DNA of 64,000 bases from Candidatus Krumholzibacteriia bacterium (GCA_050174015.1 JBFXKG010000007.1:128001-192000), one strand, 5' to 3'. Positions 1-10,833 are shown, counted from the stretch's first letter. Numbers and translations: made by a program. Notes: generated by a model not told the origin, from the sequence alone.

Positions 1-2
1 GC

Positions 3-2939
3 GACACGGGGATCTGGCGGGACGAGGCGGCCTGGAGCCTGTGGCGCAACTCCGCCCTCAGCGACCTGGGGGTGTCCTGCCTGGTCGAATTGCTGGACGA
101 GCAGGAGCGCGAGGCCAGCCTGATCACCCTGGGCTTCCTGGGGGACTTCCAGTACGAGGTGGTGCGACGGTCTCCCTGGGTCCGGGAAGAGGGAACCCTC
201 GAGGCCCAGGGGCCGGGCAGTCTCTTCCAGACGGAGCTGCGCAGCTACGGCGGCGGATCCGAATACATCATGATCGGTGAGCGGGAGCGTCTGGATGGCC
301 GCGGCTGGATCCGCGTGGAGATCCCGGTCAGGTCCTGGCGCATCGCCACCCTCAAGGCCCAGGTGACCGGAGGGGAGACCGGCAACGGCAGGACCTACCG
401 GCCGCGGGCCGAGGTCGATCGTCCCGTCATCCTGCTGCGGGGGGATGCCCATGGGTGGCTGGACGCCGGCAGCCAGGCCTTTCCCTCCGATGATTCGGCG
501 ATCGTCCCGGCGATGGCCGCCGGCCGCCAGGCCTGGGGGGAGATCGAGGCGGACGGGGCCCGCTGGCTCGGGCTCTGGAAGCCCCTGCCGCGAGCCGCGG
601 CCCGCACCATGGGGGAGGGTTTCCTGCTGGGCTTGCAACGCCAGTCCCGCACCGCGGCCCTGCTGGACCTTTCCCGGTTGATGCTGCTCCACCTGACCTT
701 CTTCTTCGGGGCCCTGGTCGTGGGACAGGGTGTCCGCCTCCTGCTGGGCGGCGGGGGCGGAACTCCCGTCCGGTGGCGGCCCGGATTCCAGGAGCGCTTC
801 CTGGCAGGGTACCTCCTGCTGGGGTTGTTCCTGCTGCTGGTGGTGGGAACGAGCGTGGACCGGGTAGGCCAGGAACGGGTGCAGGAACAGGCCCGGAGCC
901 GAACCCGCGCCGGGCTGTCCCTGGCCGTGGAACAGCTGCGGAGCCTGCTGGTGGAGCAGGCCCGGACCCTGGCCGGGAGCGAGTACATCGCCGAACTGCT
1001 GCTGGGACAGCTGGCGGGTCGCCGTCCTGCCGGGCCGGCCGAATTCCAGCAGGCCATGGTGTTCGACGCGGAAGGACGCCTGCTGCTCGACGAGACGCTC
1101 GGCAACCTCAGCGAGGGCCAGGCCCGCGTGCTGCTCGACGCCGGCCGGGGAGCCCCGTTCGTGGTCCTCCAGGAGGGGCGCGACACCTATCTGGGCGCGG
1201 TGATCCCCATCGACCTGACTGACGTGATGTCGGCCGCCGGGGCCCCCGGCGCTCCCGAGGAGGAGGTCGGGAAGACCTCGGGATTCTTCTTCTACCGGCA
1301 GCGACTGGGCGCCGGCCTGCTCAACGGACTGGCCGATCTGGTCCGGGGGCAGGCCACCCTGCTGCAGAACGGCCGCCCGGTCCTGGCCAGCCATCCGGAG
1401 GGATATTTCTCGGGCGGCACCCCTTTGCTCTCGGATCCCGGCATGATGAACCGCCTGCTGGAGCATCCGGGCAGTCCGGACGTCCTCGCGGCGCCCGGCC
1501 GGCCCTTCGCCTTCACCGGAGCGATGCCGCTGCCCTCCTTCGGGCGCGGCGAGGGCGGAACCTGGTCCCGGTACCGCATTCCCGCGGTGCTGGCGGTCGA
1601 CTTTCCCGACCTGGAGCGGGAGTTCAACGACCAGCGCAAGCGCACGGTCCTGTTCCTGACGGGCCTGGCCAACCTGATCCTGCTGACGGCCCTGGGCCTG
1701 GCGGGGATCATGTCCTGGAACATCTTCCGTCCCCTGCACCTGCTCTCGGCCGCCACCCGGTCCCTCGCCAGGGGGGACTACCGCGCCCCTCTGCCCGAAC
1801 CCGGCACCGACGAGGTCGGCAAGCTGGCCGCCGCGTTCGGGTCCATGCGGGAGGACCTGCACACGGCGCGTGAGCGGCTGGCGGCGCGTGAGCGGTTCCT
1901 GTCGACGGTCCTGGACCGCGTCCCTGTGGGGGTGGCCGTGCTGGGGGAAGGCGACACCCTGGTCGTGCTGAACCCGGCCGGCAGGGCCATCCTGGAGGCG
2001 TTCGGATCGGGGGCGGACCCGGTCCGGACCCTGGCCCGGCTGCGGGACGGGTTCTGCAGGCTGGGGCCGGCGGCGGCGGGGGAACTGCGCAGCGATGACG
2101 GCCGGCGCACCCTGAGGGGCGCGGTGGCGGATCTGCCGGTGCCGGACGGCGGCACCGACACCATGCTGGTCTTCGAGGACATCACGGAGTTCCTGGAGAC
2201 CAAGAAGCTCGCCCTCAACGCCGAACTGGCCCGGCAGGTCGCCCACGAGATCAAGAATCCCCTGACCCCCATCCAGCTGTCGGCCCAGTTGCTGGGACAG
2301 GCGTGGTCCGACCGCCATCCCCGGCTCGATCAGATCGTGCCGGACACCGTCGGGCGCATCCTCCAGCAGGTCACCCTGCTGCGCAGCATCGCCTCGGAAT
2401 TCAGCCTGCTGGGCCGCCCCGACCGGCTCGAAGCGGCCCCACTCGACCTGGAGGCCCTGGTCGTGCAGGTGGTCGCGGCTTACGGCGGCCGGGATCCCCG
2501 GCCGGAGACGGGCGGCGATGAGACGGTCGGGGAGGGGTTCCCCGGCGTCACCGTGGGCAGCCCCGCTCCGCCTCCGGTGCTGGCCCATGCCGAGTCCCTG
2601 CAGAAGATCCTCGGCAATCTGATGCAGAACTCCCTGGACGCAGCAGATCCGGAACGTCCCGTCCGGATCGCGATCCGCTGGCGGTGGGACGCCGATACGG
2701 TGACCATGATCTGGGAGGACAACGGCACGGGGCTGACGGGCGAGGTGGCCGATCGCCTGTTTGATCCCTATTTTTCCACCAAGAGCAAGGGCACCGGACT
2801 GGGGCTCGCCATCTGCCGGAACCTGGCCGACCGCATGGACGGGAGCATCTCCCTGGGCAACCGGACCGACGGTCCGGGTGCGGTGGCGGCCCTCACCTTG
2901 CCTCGGGACCCCGGAGACCGACAGGGAACGACTTCATGA
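3..2939 (+). CDS. Membrane sensor histidine kinase, NtrY-like (HAMP-PAS-HisKA-HATPase); 5'-truncated by window edge
   Basis: Frame is open from position 3. Several TM segments, HAMP (RPL..L..A...LARGD...DEVGKLAAAF), H-box 'ARQVAHEIKNPLTPIQL', N-box 'NLMQNSLDA', G-boxes 'EDNGTG' and 'FSTKSKGTGLGLAIC'. Confidence 0.9.
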   Translation, partial: DTGIWRDEAAWSLWRNSALSDLGVSCLVELLDEQEREASLITLGFLGDFQYEVVRRSPWVREEGTLEAQGPGSLFQTELRSYGGGSEYIMIGERERLDGRGWIRVEIPVRSWRIATLKAQVTGGETGNGRTYRPRAEVDRPVILLRGDAHGWLDAGSQAFPSDDSAIVPAMAAGRQAWGEIEADGARWLGLWKPLPRAAARTMGEGFLLGLQRQSRTAALLDLSRLMLLHLTFFFGALVVGQGVRLLLGGGGGTPVRWRPGFQERFLAGYLLLGLFLLLVVGTSVDRVGQERVQEQARSRTRAGLSLAVEQLRSLLVEQARTLAGSEYIAELLLGQLAGRRPAGPAEFQQAMVFDAEGRLLLDETLGNLSEGQARVLLDAGRGAPFVVLQEGRDTYLGAVIPIDLTDVMSAAGAPGAPEEEVGKTSGFFFYRQRLGAGLLNGLADLVRGQATLLQNGRPVLASHPEGYFSGGTPLLSDPGMMNRLLEHPGSPDVLAAPGRPFAFTGAMPLPSFGRGEGGTWSRYRIPAVLAVDFPDLEREFNDQRKRTVLFLTGLANLILLTALGLAGIMSWNIFRPLHLLSAATRSLARGDYRAPLPEPGTDEVGKLAAAFGSMREDLHTARERLAARERFLSTVLDRVPVGVAVLGEGDTLVVLNPAGRAILEAFGSGADPVRTLARLRDGFCRLGPAAAGELRSDDGRRTLRGAVADLPVPDGGTDTMLVFEDITEFLETKKLALNAELARQVAHEIKNPLTPIQLSAQLLGQAWSDRHPRLDQIVPDTVGRILQQVTLLRSIASEFSLLGRPDRLEAAPLDLEALVVQVVAAYGGRDPRPETGGDETVGEGFPGVTVGSPAPPPVLAHAESLQKILGNLMQNSLDAADPERPVRIAIRWRWDADTVTMIWEDNGTGLTGEVADRLFDPYFSTKSKGTGLGLAICRNLADRMDGSISLGNRTDGPGAVAALTLPRDPGDRQGTTS

Positions 2940-3640
2940 GCATCGGACGCCGCAGGCCCCCGCACCCATTCCCCCCGGGAACCCTGGCCGTCATCGCCTG
3001 GCTCGTTGCGGGCGTCGGAGTGGCCGCAGGCGCCGCGCCGGACGAGGACCAGGTGCGCATCGCCCGCCTCCAGTACGATGGGGGCGGGGACTGGTACTGC
3101 GATCCCAGCAGCCTGCCCAACTGGCTGGAGATCTTCTCGCTTCGCACAGGCATCCCCACCGCCGACCGGGACGTGGTGGTCACCCTCGACAGCGAGGATC
3201 TCTACCGTTACCCGTTCCTGTACATGTCCGGGCACGGGCGGGTGAAGCTGAGCGGAACGGAGGTCCAGGAGCTGCGGCGATACCTGGACGCCGGCGGCTT
3301 CCTTTACGCCGACGACAACTACGGGCTGGACGAGTCGTTCCGCGCCATGATCGGGGAAGTCTTCCCCGGGGAGGAACTGGTGGCCCTGCCCGGCAGCCAT
3401 CCCATCTATTCGAGCTTCTACGAGCTGCCGGGACTGCCCAAGATCCACAAGCACGACGGGGAACCCGCCAGGGGCTTCGGTGTTGTCCGGGACGGGCGGC
3501 TCGTCGTCTTCTACTCGTATTCCTCGGACATCGGCGACGGTCTGGAGGATCCGGACGTCCACGGCGATCCCGCGGAGGTGCGGGAAGCCGCCGCCCGCAT
3601 GGCGGTGAACATCCTGATGTACGCGCTGACCCATCCCTGA
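2936..3640 (+). CDS. DUF4159 domain-containing exported protein
   Basis: Motifs 'IARLQYDGGGDWY', 'YPFLYMSGHG', 'LRRYLDAGGFLYADDNYG' and 'A.RMAVNILMYAL' are typical of DUF4159. ATGA overlap with the upstream stop. Confidence 0.85.
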   Translation: MSIGRRRPPHPFPPGTLAVIAWLVAGVGVAAGAAPDEDQVRIARLQYDGGGDWYCDPSSLPNWLEIFSLRTGIPTADRDVVVTLDSEDLYRYPFLYMSGHGRVKLSGTEVQELRRYLDAGGFLYADDNYGLDESFRAMIGEVFPGEELVALPGSHPIYSSFYELPGLPKIHKHDGEPARGFGVVRDGRLVVFYSYSSDIGDGLEDPDVHGDPAEVREAAARMAVNILMYALTHP

Positions 3641-3659
3641 TGGGACCCCGGGAGGGGCG

Positions 3660-6600
3660 ATGGACCGCACGGCCACCTTTCATTCGCGCCTGCAGGGCCT
3701 GCTCAAGGCCACGCGGCGCCGCGTGCTGCGGCACGGGTGGCTGGGATTCGCCGCTCTGGGCGGGCCGGCCCTGCTCGCGGCGGCCTGGGCCGCGGGCGGG
3801 GAGCGCCGCCTCGAAGGGTTCCTGGCCTGGGGCCTGAGCCTTTCGCTGGTGGCGGTCCTGGCGGCCGCCGCCTGGGAGTTCCTGGTGAAGCCCCTGCGCG
3901 GCCTGCGGGACCGCCGGGACCTCGTGGACCTCATCGAACGGCGGGGCGATTTCGCCAACCTGCTGGTGGCCGCCGAGGAGTCGGGCCGCCTGCCGGAACG
4001 TTGGGCCGAGGGGGACCCCGTGGCCCGGGAGCTGCGGCGCCGGTTGCTGCTGCGGGCCGGGGAGATCCTGGACCTGTTGACCCCCGACCAGATCCTTGAA
4101 CTGCGGCGCCGCCGCGCCGTGCGGTCAGGAACGGCCGGCGCCCTGGTCCTGGCCCTGGTGTTCGGGGTCGCCGATCCCGGCGGGCTGGTCCGGGGCCTGG
4201 GCCGCCTGGCCGGTCCCCAGGTGCGGGAGATCGTTCCCGGCAGCGGCGGTCTGTTCGGGGAATCCGGGCCAGGGTTCGTGGTCGCCGGGGCGGATGGCGA
4301 GGTGGCCGCCAGGGACTTCGGCGGGGGAGACCAGGAGACCGTCTGCGAGATCAGGGTCGGGGCCGGCAACTGGCAGGCCATCCCGGCCGGATTGGCGCCC
4401 GCGCCTGCGGCCGAACCCGGCCTGCCCGCCCCGTACCGCCGCTGGACCGCCCGCATCGAGGACGTGCGCGAGGGCTTTTCCTGGCGGTTCCGGCGGGGGG
4501 AGAGGGTTTCCGAACCGCGCTACCTGCCCGTCAGGCATCACCCGCTGGTGACGGCCATCTCCGCGAGGATCGTCCCGCCGGCCTACACCCGGACGCCCGC
4601 CCAGACGGTGGCGGTCCTGCCCTCGTTCCTCGAGGTTCCGGCGGGCAGCGAGGTGCAGCTGAAGGGCCGACTGAACCTGGGCGTGACCGCCGCGGGGCTG
4701 GCACTGGCCTCCGGGGACACGGTTCCCCTGGCCATCGACGGCCGGGAATTCACCGGGAGCCTGACCGTCGCCGGGGAAACCGCCTTCAACGTCACCTTGC
4801 GGGATTCGGTCGGGCTGACGAACCTGGCCCCCCTCCGGTACAAGCTCTCCGCCGTCGAGGACGGCGCCCCGGTCGTGCGGCTGGAACGGCCGCAGGACGA
4901 CGGGATCCTGCCCCTGGCCGGAACCGTGGAGTTGACCGTGGATGCGGCCGACGATTTCGGCATCGCCGGCCTGGCCCTGTACCTGCGTCCCCTGGGCACC
5001 GGCGGAGACGAGGACCGGTGGTCCGGGGGGTTCTTCTTCCCCGGCGGGAACGGCCGGTGGTCGGCCTGGGATTCACCGGTCGGCGAGTGGCGGATCGAGG
5101 CCGCCACCGACACCGCCGGATCGGGGGGCCTGGTCCTGCGGGCCGACCTGACCCTGGCCCTGGAACGCCTGGAACTGGTGGCGGGCCAGGGTCTGGAGAT
5201 CGTGGCCGAAGCACGCGACAACCGCGAGCCGGGGCCGGCCAACACGGGCCGTTCGGGAATCCTGCGTCTGATCCTGCCCTCCGCATCGGACGTCCTCGCC
5301 GAGCAGGCCCGGTCCAACGAGGACCGCAAGGCCGAACTGGACGAGGCCCGGCGCCTGAATCAGGCCCTGGCCGCCGACCTGGACCGGCTCACCCGGGAGT
5401 TGATGAAGAATCCCGACCCCGACTGGACCCGCCAGCAGGAAATGGAGGCGGCTCTCGAACGCCATCGCGCCCTCCAGGACGAGCTGTCCTCCATCGCCGA
5501 ACAGCTGCGCACCCAGCTCGAGAACATGGCGACCAACCAGATGTCCTCGCCCCAGCAGCTGGAGAAGGCCGAGGATCTGGCCCAGCTTCTCGACCGGCAG
5601 GACAGCGATGACCTCGAAAGGCTCCTGGAAAAGATGGAGTCGGGCGCGGATCGGCTGACGCCCGAGGAGATCGCCCGGGCCGTCCAGGAAGTCGCCCGGA
5701 ACCAGCAGGAGCTGGCGCGCCGCATGGATGCCGCCCTGGCCATGCTCGAACGGATGAGCCGGGAGCAGGAGCTGGAGGGATTGACCTCGCTGCTGGAGAA
5801 GATGCTCCAGGACCAGCAGGAACTGGCGGACCTGACCCGGCAGCTGGCCGAGCAGAACCGGGATGCCGCCGGTGATCCCGGCGACCGGCAGGACCCGGAT
5901 CGGGAAAGGGAAGACCAGGGAGAAGGCGAAACCGGCGAGGAGGGCGGCCAGCGGACCGGTGAGGATCAGGAGGGACAGGAAGGGCAGGAGGGTCAGGAAG
6001 GGCAGGATGAGCAGGAGGGAGCCGACGGCGAGGAAGGTCCGGAGCAGGAAGCCGGGTCCGAGGAGGAGGAGGCTGCCCGCCTCGCCGAGCGCCAGGAAGC
6101 CCTCAACAGGGACATGGAGGAGCTGCAGAAGCGCATGGAGGCGGCCCTGGAGTCCCTGAAGGAGCAGCAGGAGAACCGGCCGCAGGACCGGCAACCCTCA
6201 CCCGAGAGCGCCATGGAGCAGGCCCTGGAACAGGCAATGAAGGATCTGGAGCGGCAGCAGGCCGAGGGGAAGATGCAGGAGGCCAGGGACCAGCTGATGC
6301 AGATGGACCCCGAGGAGGCCGCGAAACTCCAGGAGCAGGCCATGAGGGATCTCGGGTCCCTCTATCACGTCCTGCTCCAGTCCCAGGGCGCCATGCAGAT
6401 GGCCATGCAGCAGAACCAGGTCACCTCGTTGAGGGGACTTGCCGCCGACATGCTCGCGCTGTCGCACCGCCAGGAGGAGATCTCCCGGCGCATCCCCACC
6501 CGTTTGCGGGACGTCCGGTCCCTGGATCTCACGCGCGGCCAGCACCGCCTGCAGAAGGCCGCGGTGCAGGTGCGCGACGAGCTGGGCGAGCTGGCGGCCG

Positions 6601-7403
6601 AGGCCCCCATGCGCATCATGCCCCTGCTGAAGAAGCTGGACGGCCTGATCGAGCAGATGGGCTACGGGGTCAACGCCCTGGAGGAGAACCGGGGGACGGC
6701 CGCCCAGAGGCACGGCACCGATGCCCTGGCCGAGGCCAACAACATCATCATCGGCCTGCTCACCGAGGCGCAGATCACCGGCCAGGGGGGATCGGGCCAG
6801 TCGTCCCCCTCCCAGGCCGACCAGCTCATGCAGATGATCAAGGAGCAGGCCAAGCTGAACGGCACGACCGGGCAGCTGCGGCAGATGCTCGCCAACCGGG
6901 GCCTCAGCCAGGAGACCCGCGCGCAGATGAAGCGGCTGGGGGAAGGCCAGGGCGAACTCGCCCGGCAGATGAAGGACCTCGCCGACCAGGAGCGCATCCG
7001 GCAGGACGGCGGCCGGTTGCTCGGGGACATGGCCCAGCTCGGCCGGGACATGGAATCGATCTCGGGGGAGATCGACGAGGGCCTGGTTTCCGAGGAGACC
7101 CTGATCCGTCAGGAACGGATCCTCAGCCGCATGCTCGACGCCCGCAATTCGGCGCGCCAGCGCGACTACAGCTCGCGCCGGGAGAGCCGGACCGCCGAGC
7201 GCCTGTACGGCGACCAGGAAGGCGGGCCGGGCGCCGCCGGCGATCCCCGGGTCCGCCTGCGCTACCAGCCCCTGGACACCGCTCCGCTGGACTACCGGGA
7301 CCTGGTGCGCCGCTACTTCAGCGCCCTGGATTCCCTGCAGCGCCTCGACGCGGACCCCCTGCCTCCGTTGCGGGGGGGCGAAGACCGGGGGGAGGTGCCG
7401 TGA
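3660..7403 (+). CDS. DUF4175-like large membrane protein with Ig-like middle region and Q/E-rich coiled-coil C-terminus
   Basis: N-terminal TM helices, 'PPAYT' and 'AADDFGI' motifs, long coiled coil, 'RQERILSRMLDA' and 'YRDLVRRYF' C-terminal motifs. Adjacent to DUF4159. Confidence 0.75.
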   Translation: MDRTATFHSRLQGLLKATRRRVLRHGWLGFAALGGPALLAAAWAAGGERRLEGFLAWGLSLSLVAVLAAAAWEFLVKPLRGLRDRRDLVDLIERRGDFANLLVAAEESGRLPERWAEGDPVARELRRRLLLRAGEILDLLTPDQILELRRRRAVRSGTAGALVLALVFGVADPGGLVRGLGRLAGPQVREIVPGSGGLFGESGPGFVVAGADGEVAARDFGGGDQETVCEIRVGAGNWQAIPAGLAPAPAAEPGLPAPYRRWTARIEDVREGFSWRFRRGERVSEPRYLPVRHHPLVTAISARIVPPAYTRTPAQTVAVLPSFLEVPAGSEVQLKGRLNLGVTAAGLALASGDTVPLAIDGREFTGSLTVAGETAFNVTLRDSVGLTNLAPLRYKLSAVEDGAPVVRLERPQDDGILPLAGTVELTVDAADDFGIAGLALYLRPLGTGGDEDRWSGGFFFPGGNGRWSAWDSPVGEWRIEAATDTAGSGGLVLRADLTLALERLELVAGQGLEIVAEARDNREPGPANTGRSGILRLILPSASDVLAEQARSNEDRKAELDEARRLNQALAADLDRLTRELMKNPDPDWTRQQEMEAALERHRALQDELSSIAEQLRTQLENMATNQMSSPQQLEKAEDLAQLLDRQDSDDLERLLEKMESGADRLTPEEIARAVQEVARNQQELARRMDAALAMLERMSREQELEGLTSLLEKMLQDQQELADLTRQLAEQNRDAAGDPGDRQDPDREREDQGEGETGEEGGQRTGEDQEGQEGQEGQEGQDEQEGADGEEGPEQEAGSEEEEAARLAERQEALNRDMEELQKRMEAALESLKEQQENRPQDRQPSPESAMEQALEQAMKDLERQQAEGKMQEARDQLMQMDPEEAAKLQEQAMRDLGSLYHVLLQSQGAMQMAMQQNQVTSLRGLAADMLALSHRQEEISRRIPTRLRDVRSLDLTRGQHRLQKAAVQVRDELGELAAEAPMRIMPLLKKLDGLIEQMGYGVNALEENRGTAAQRHGTDALAEANNIIIGLLTEAQITGQGGSGQSSPSQADQLMQMIKEQAKLNGTTGQLRQMLANRGLSQETRAQMKRLGEGQGELARQMKDLADQERIRQDGGRLLGDMAQLGRDMESISGEIDEGLVSEETLIRQERILSRMLDARNSARQRDYSSRRESRTAERLYGDQEGGPGAAGDPRVRLRYQPLDTAPLDYRDLVRRYFSALDSLQRLDADPLPPLRGGEDRGEVP
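5967..6020 (+). repeat. Six imperfect 9-bp tandem units (CAGGARGGN) encoding QEG repeats
   Basis: caggaggga caggaaggg caggagggt caggaaggg caggatgag caggaggga within the DUF4175-like gene. Confidence 0.8.
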
Positions 7404-9382
7404 TCCAGCGTCCGATCCCGCGCCCGGTCATCCTTCCGGCTCTCGTGCTGCTGGCCGCGGCCGCGTTCGCGCCCCTGTCCTCGGCCCAGACCCCCCGGAC
7501 GGTGGAACCCGAATCTCCCGGCCTGCAGTTGCAGCCTGCGCCCCGTCCTCCGCGCAGCGCCGATCCCCATTCCCTGTTCGATCTGCGCCGCCGACTGCTG
7601 GAGCTGGACAAGCTGCTCTCGCTGGGCAGCATCGCCCGGGCCCAGGCCCTGATCGACGAGCTGTCCCAGCATTCCCTGCTCCAGCGGGATCTGGTGTCGC
7701 GGCGCATCCAGCTCGCCCAGCTCCAGGGCGATCACGAGCAGGCCATCGCCATCGCCAGGGAAGCCCTGGAGATCTCGGCGCGGAATCCCGGTCTCTGGCG
7801 CAGCCTGGCCGGTTCCCTGCTGGCGGCGGGTAGGCCCGATTCGGCGCGGGCGGCCATGGAGCGGTTCATCACCCAGAGCCCCAACGGGCGCAGCTCGGCC
7901 GTGGTGGCCATCGAGCAGTGCCTGGAGGCCGGTTATCCCGCGCTGGCGGTGGGGCTGATCGATTCGATGCGCACCCAGCTGGGCGAGCCGGGATTCATGG
8001 CCCGGCAGATGGCCACGGTCCTGCTGTCCCTGGACCGCCAGGACGAGGCGGCCCTCCAGGTCAGCGCCGAATTGCGCAGCAATCCCTTCAACCTCTCCCT
8101 GGTGCGGACCGACCTGCTGGACGGCCTGTACGATCCCGCCCGCCACCGGGAATTCCACGAGGGGATCCGGGCGAGGGCCCGGGAACCGCGGGCGGCGGCG
8201 GCGGAGAAGGTCCTGGCCGCCAACCTGGACCTGGTCCAAGGAGCGGCGGACCTGGCCTGGGAGCAGGCGGCCCCCCTGGTGGCGAATCCCGCCACCGCCC
8301 TTCTGCTCATGCAGAACGTCGCCACCCTGAACACCGAGCTGGGCCTGCTGCCGGTCGACCGCCAGTACCAGGCGACCATCGATTACCTGCTGCGGGTCCT
8401 GGAGGCCTTCATGAGCCCCGAGCAGCCGGACGCCCTGCTGAGGCGGCGGGCGGCCGACCAGCTGGCCGAGGTGTGCGAGAGCGCCCTGGAAGCGGGCAGC
8501 CTGGGCGCCGAGCCCCGGGCTGCGGCCGACCGGTTCAGCGGGCTGCTGCGCAGGGTCAGGGAGATCAATCCCAGCAGCGAACGGCTGTACTCCTCGCAGA
8601 TCAAGCTGGCGCGCTACGTCCGCCGTGAGCTGGGGGATCCCGCGGGTGCGGCCCGCAGCCTCGAACGCCTCCTCCTGGATCTCGACCTGCCGACCGAGGG
8701 CATCGCCCTGGCCCGCCTCACCCTGGGCGAATGCTATCTCGCCGCCGGGGATACCGCCCGCGGACGCACCGTCCTGACCCAGCTCGGCCGCGATCCCCAC
8801 TTCCGCGAGGCCGGTGGCTTCGCCCACTACCACCTGGCGCGCCTCGACCTGGCCGAGGGCCACTACGTCACCGCCCGGGACCGCTTCGCGGTGGTGGCCA
8901 TGGACAACCCCGCGGCCTCCTACTCCAACGACGCCCTGGAACTGGGCCTGGCCATCGCGGAGGAACTGGACAATCCCACGGGCGGTCCGGAGATCATCGG
9001 CTTCTACGCCCGGACCGTCATGTACGATCTGGTGGACCAGCCGTCCGCCCGTCTGGCGGCCCTGGAGGAGTTCGTCCGGGAGGCCACCCTGCGGGTGGAC
9101 CCGGATGCGAAGCAATACCTGCTGGAGCGGGGGTTGTACGAACTGGCGGGTGCGCGGGCCGAGGCGGGCGATCTCGAAGGGGCGCGCCGGGCCCTGCAGA
9201 CCATCTACCAGGAGCACGCCGACGGCCGCTACGCCGCCGTGGCCATGGCCGGCGAGGGTGCGCTGCTGATGGACGCCGGCCGGGCCACCGAGGCCCAACA
9301 GGCGTGGAACCGCCTGCTCGCCCAGTATCCCGACTACCTGTTCATCGACGACGTCCGCGACGAACTGAGGAAACTGCCATGA
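7400..9382 (+). CDS. Exported tetratricopeptide repeat protein
   Basis: Signal peptide, helical Ala/Leu-rich TPR-like repeats, C-terminal 'A...WNRLLAQYPDYLFIDDVRDELRKL'. Confidence 0.8.
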   Translation: MIQRPIPRPVILPALVLLAAAAFAPLSSAQTPRTVEPESPGLQLQPAPRPPRSADPHSLFDLRRRLLELDKLLSLGSIARAQALIDELSQHSLLQRDLVSRRIQLAQLQGDHEQAIAIAREALEISARNPGLWRSLAGSLLAAGRPDSARAAMERFITQSPNGRSSAVVAIEQCLEAGYPALAVGLIDSMRTQLGEPGFMARQMATVLLSLDRQDEAALQVSAELRSNPFNLSLVRTDLLDGLYDPARHREFHEGIRARAREPRAAAAEKVLAANLDLVQGAADLAWEQAAPLVANPATALLLMQNVATLNTELGLLPVDRQYQATIDYLLRVLEAFMSPEQPDALLRRRAADQLAEVCESALEAGSLGAEPRAAADRFSGLLRRVREINPSSERLYSSQIKLARYVRRELGDPAGAARSLERLLLDLDLPTEGIALARLTLGECYLAAGDTARGRTVLTQLGRDPHFREAGGFAHYHLARLDLAEGHYVTARDRFAVVAMDNPAASYSNDALELGLAIAEELDNPTGGPEIIGFYARTVMYDLVDQPSARLAALEEFVREATLRVDPDAKQYLLERGLYELAGARAEAGDLEGARRALQTIYQEHADGRYAAVAMAGEGALLMDAGRATEAQQAWNRLLAQYPDYLFIDDVRDELRKLP

Positions 9383-10659
9383 CCAGGCCGGACCCCTTCC
9401 GGATGACCGCGATGATCCTCATGCTGATGGCGTTGCCGCCGGCCGCCGGGGCCGCGGCAGCCGGGTACGTCCTGATCCCCATGGACCTGGAGCAGGGCAA
9501 CCACCTGCGCGCCTACGGGGTGGCCTTCCACTGCCTGGAGGCGGGCGAGAACGTCAACTGGCTGCTGAACTACCGCGGGGGCAGCTTCCTCATGGAGGAC
9601 ACCCAGCGGGCCCGCCTGGACGCGCGCCTGCTGGGCGTCGATTTCCAGGTCATCGACGAGGGCGAACGCGAGAGCATCCGGCAGTTGATGGCCCAGGAGA
9701 ACATGGAGGAGGTCCTGCTGGAGAAGCCGCCCCGCATCGCCGTCTACAGTCCGCCCAACATGCAGCCCTGGGACGACGCGGTGACCCTCGCCCTCACCTA
9801 CGCCGAGGTCTCCTACGACGTCGTGTACGATCAGGACGTGCTGGCGGGCAAGCTGGGCGATTACGACTGGTTGCACCTGCACCATGAGGATTTCACCGGA
9901 CAGTACGGGAAGTTCTACGTCTCATTCGGGCTCGAACCCTGGTACCTGGAGCAGAAGCACTTTCACGAGGAGCTCGCGCGGGCCCTGGGCTTCACGACGG
10001 TCTGGCAGTTGAAGCACGCCGTGGCGGAGACCATCCGGGCCTACGTGGACGGCGGGGGCTTCCTTTTCGCGATGTGCTCGGCGACCGACACCATCGACAT
10101 CGCCCTGGCCTGGCTGCACACCGACATCTGCCCCGAACCTTTCGACGGAACGCCCTACGATCCGACCTACCGCAGCCGGGTCGACTACGACCACACCTTC
10201 GCCTTCGAGGGGTTCAAGCTGGTGACCAATCCGCTGGAGTACGAGTTCTCCGACCTGGACACCAGCAACTACGCCCAGATGAGGGGCGCCCTGGCGGACT
10301 ACTTCACCCTGTTCGCCTTCGCGGCCAAGTACGATCCGGTGCCGGCGATGCTCACCCAGAACCACGTCAACGTGATCAACGGGTTCCTGGGGCAGACCAC
10401 CGGTTTCCAGCGGAAGCACCTCAAGCGGGCGGTGACCGTGCTGGCTGCGGTGGAGGGGACCGACGAGGTCAAGTACATCCACGGCAAGCAGGGTATGGGA
10501 ACCTGGACCTTTCTGGGCGGACACGATCCGGAGGACTACCAGCACCGGGTGGGGGATCCTCCGACCGATCTGGACCTGTATCCCACGTCCCCGGGTTATC
10601 GCCTGATCCTCAACAACGTCCTGTTCCCCGCGGCGCGGAAGAAGCCGCAAAAGACCTGA
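9379..10659 (+). CDS. Conserved exported protein of the FCB family often labelled 'asparagine synthetase B' (class I GATase-like fold; function unknown)
   Basis: ATG at 9379 overlaps the upstream TGA. Motifs 'LIPMD..Q.NHLRAYG', 'QPWDDAVTLALTYAEV', 'YDWLHLHHEDFTGQYGKF', 'FAMCSATD', 'GYRLILNNVLFPAA.KK'. Confidence 0.75.
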   Translation: MTRPDPFRMTAMILMLMALPPAAGAAAAGYVLIPMDLEQGNHLRAYGVAFHCLEAGENVNWLLNYRGGSFLMEDTQRARLDARLLGVDFQVIDEGERESIRQLMAQENMEEVLLEKPPRIAVYSPPNMQPWDDAVTLALTYAEVSYDVVYDQDVLAGKLGDYDWLHLHHEDFTGQYGKFYVSFGLEPWYLEQKHFHEELARALGFTTVWQLKHAVAETIRAYVDGGGFLFAMCSATDTIDIALAWLHTDICPEPFDGTPYDPTYRSRVDYDHTFAFEGFKLVTNPLEYEFSDLDTSNYAQMRGALADYFTLFAFAAKYDPVPAMLTQNHVNVINGFLGQTTGFQRKHLKRAVTVLAAVEGTDEVKYIHGKQGMGTWTFLGGHDPEDYQHRVGDPPTDLDLYPTSPGYRLILNNVLFPAARKKPQKT

Positions 10660-10833
10660 GCCCGACCCCGCACCGGGGGCCCTCACGGGCTCCCTCCCCA
10701 GGGGACTCCCCCATAAAGAGATGGTAATAATCCCACTCCCGTGATAGGATTTACGCTTCATGGTCATCCATTGCCGTCCCGTCATGCGGCCCGCGGCAGG
10801 AATGCGCCCCTGATCCGGCCCAAGGAGTTCACC

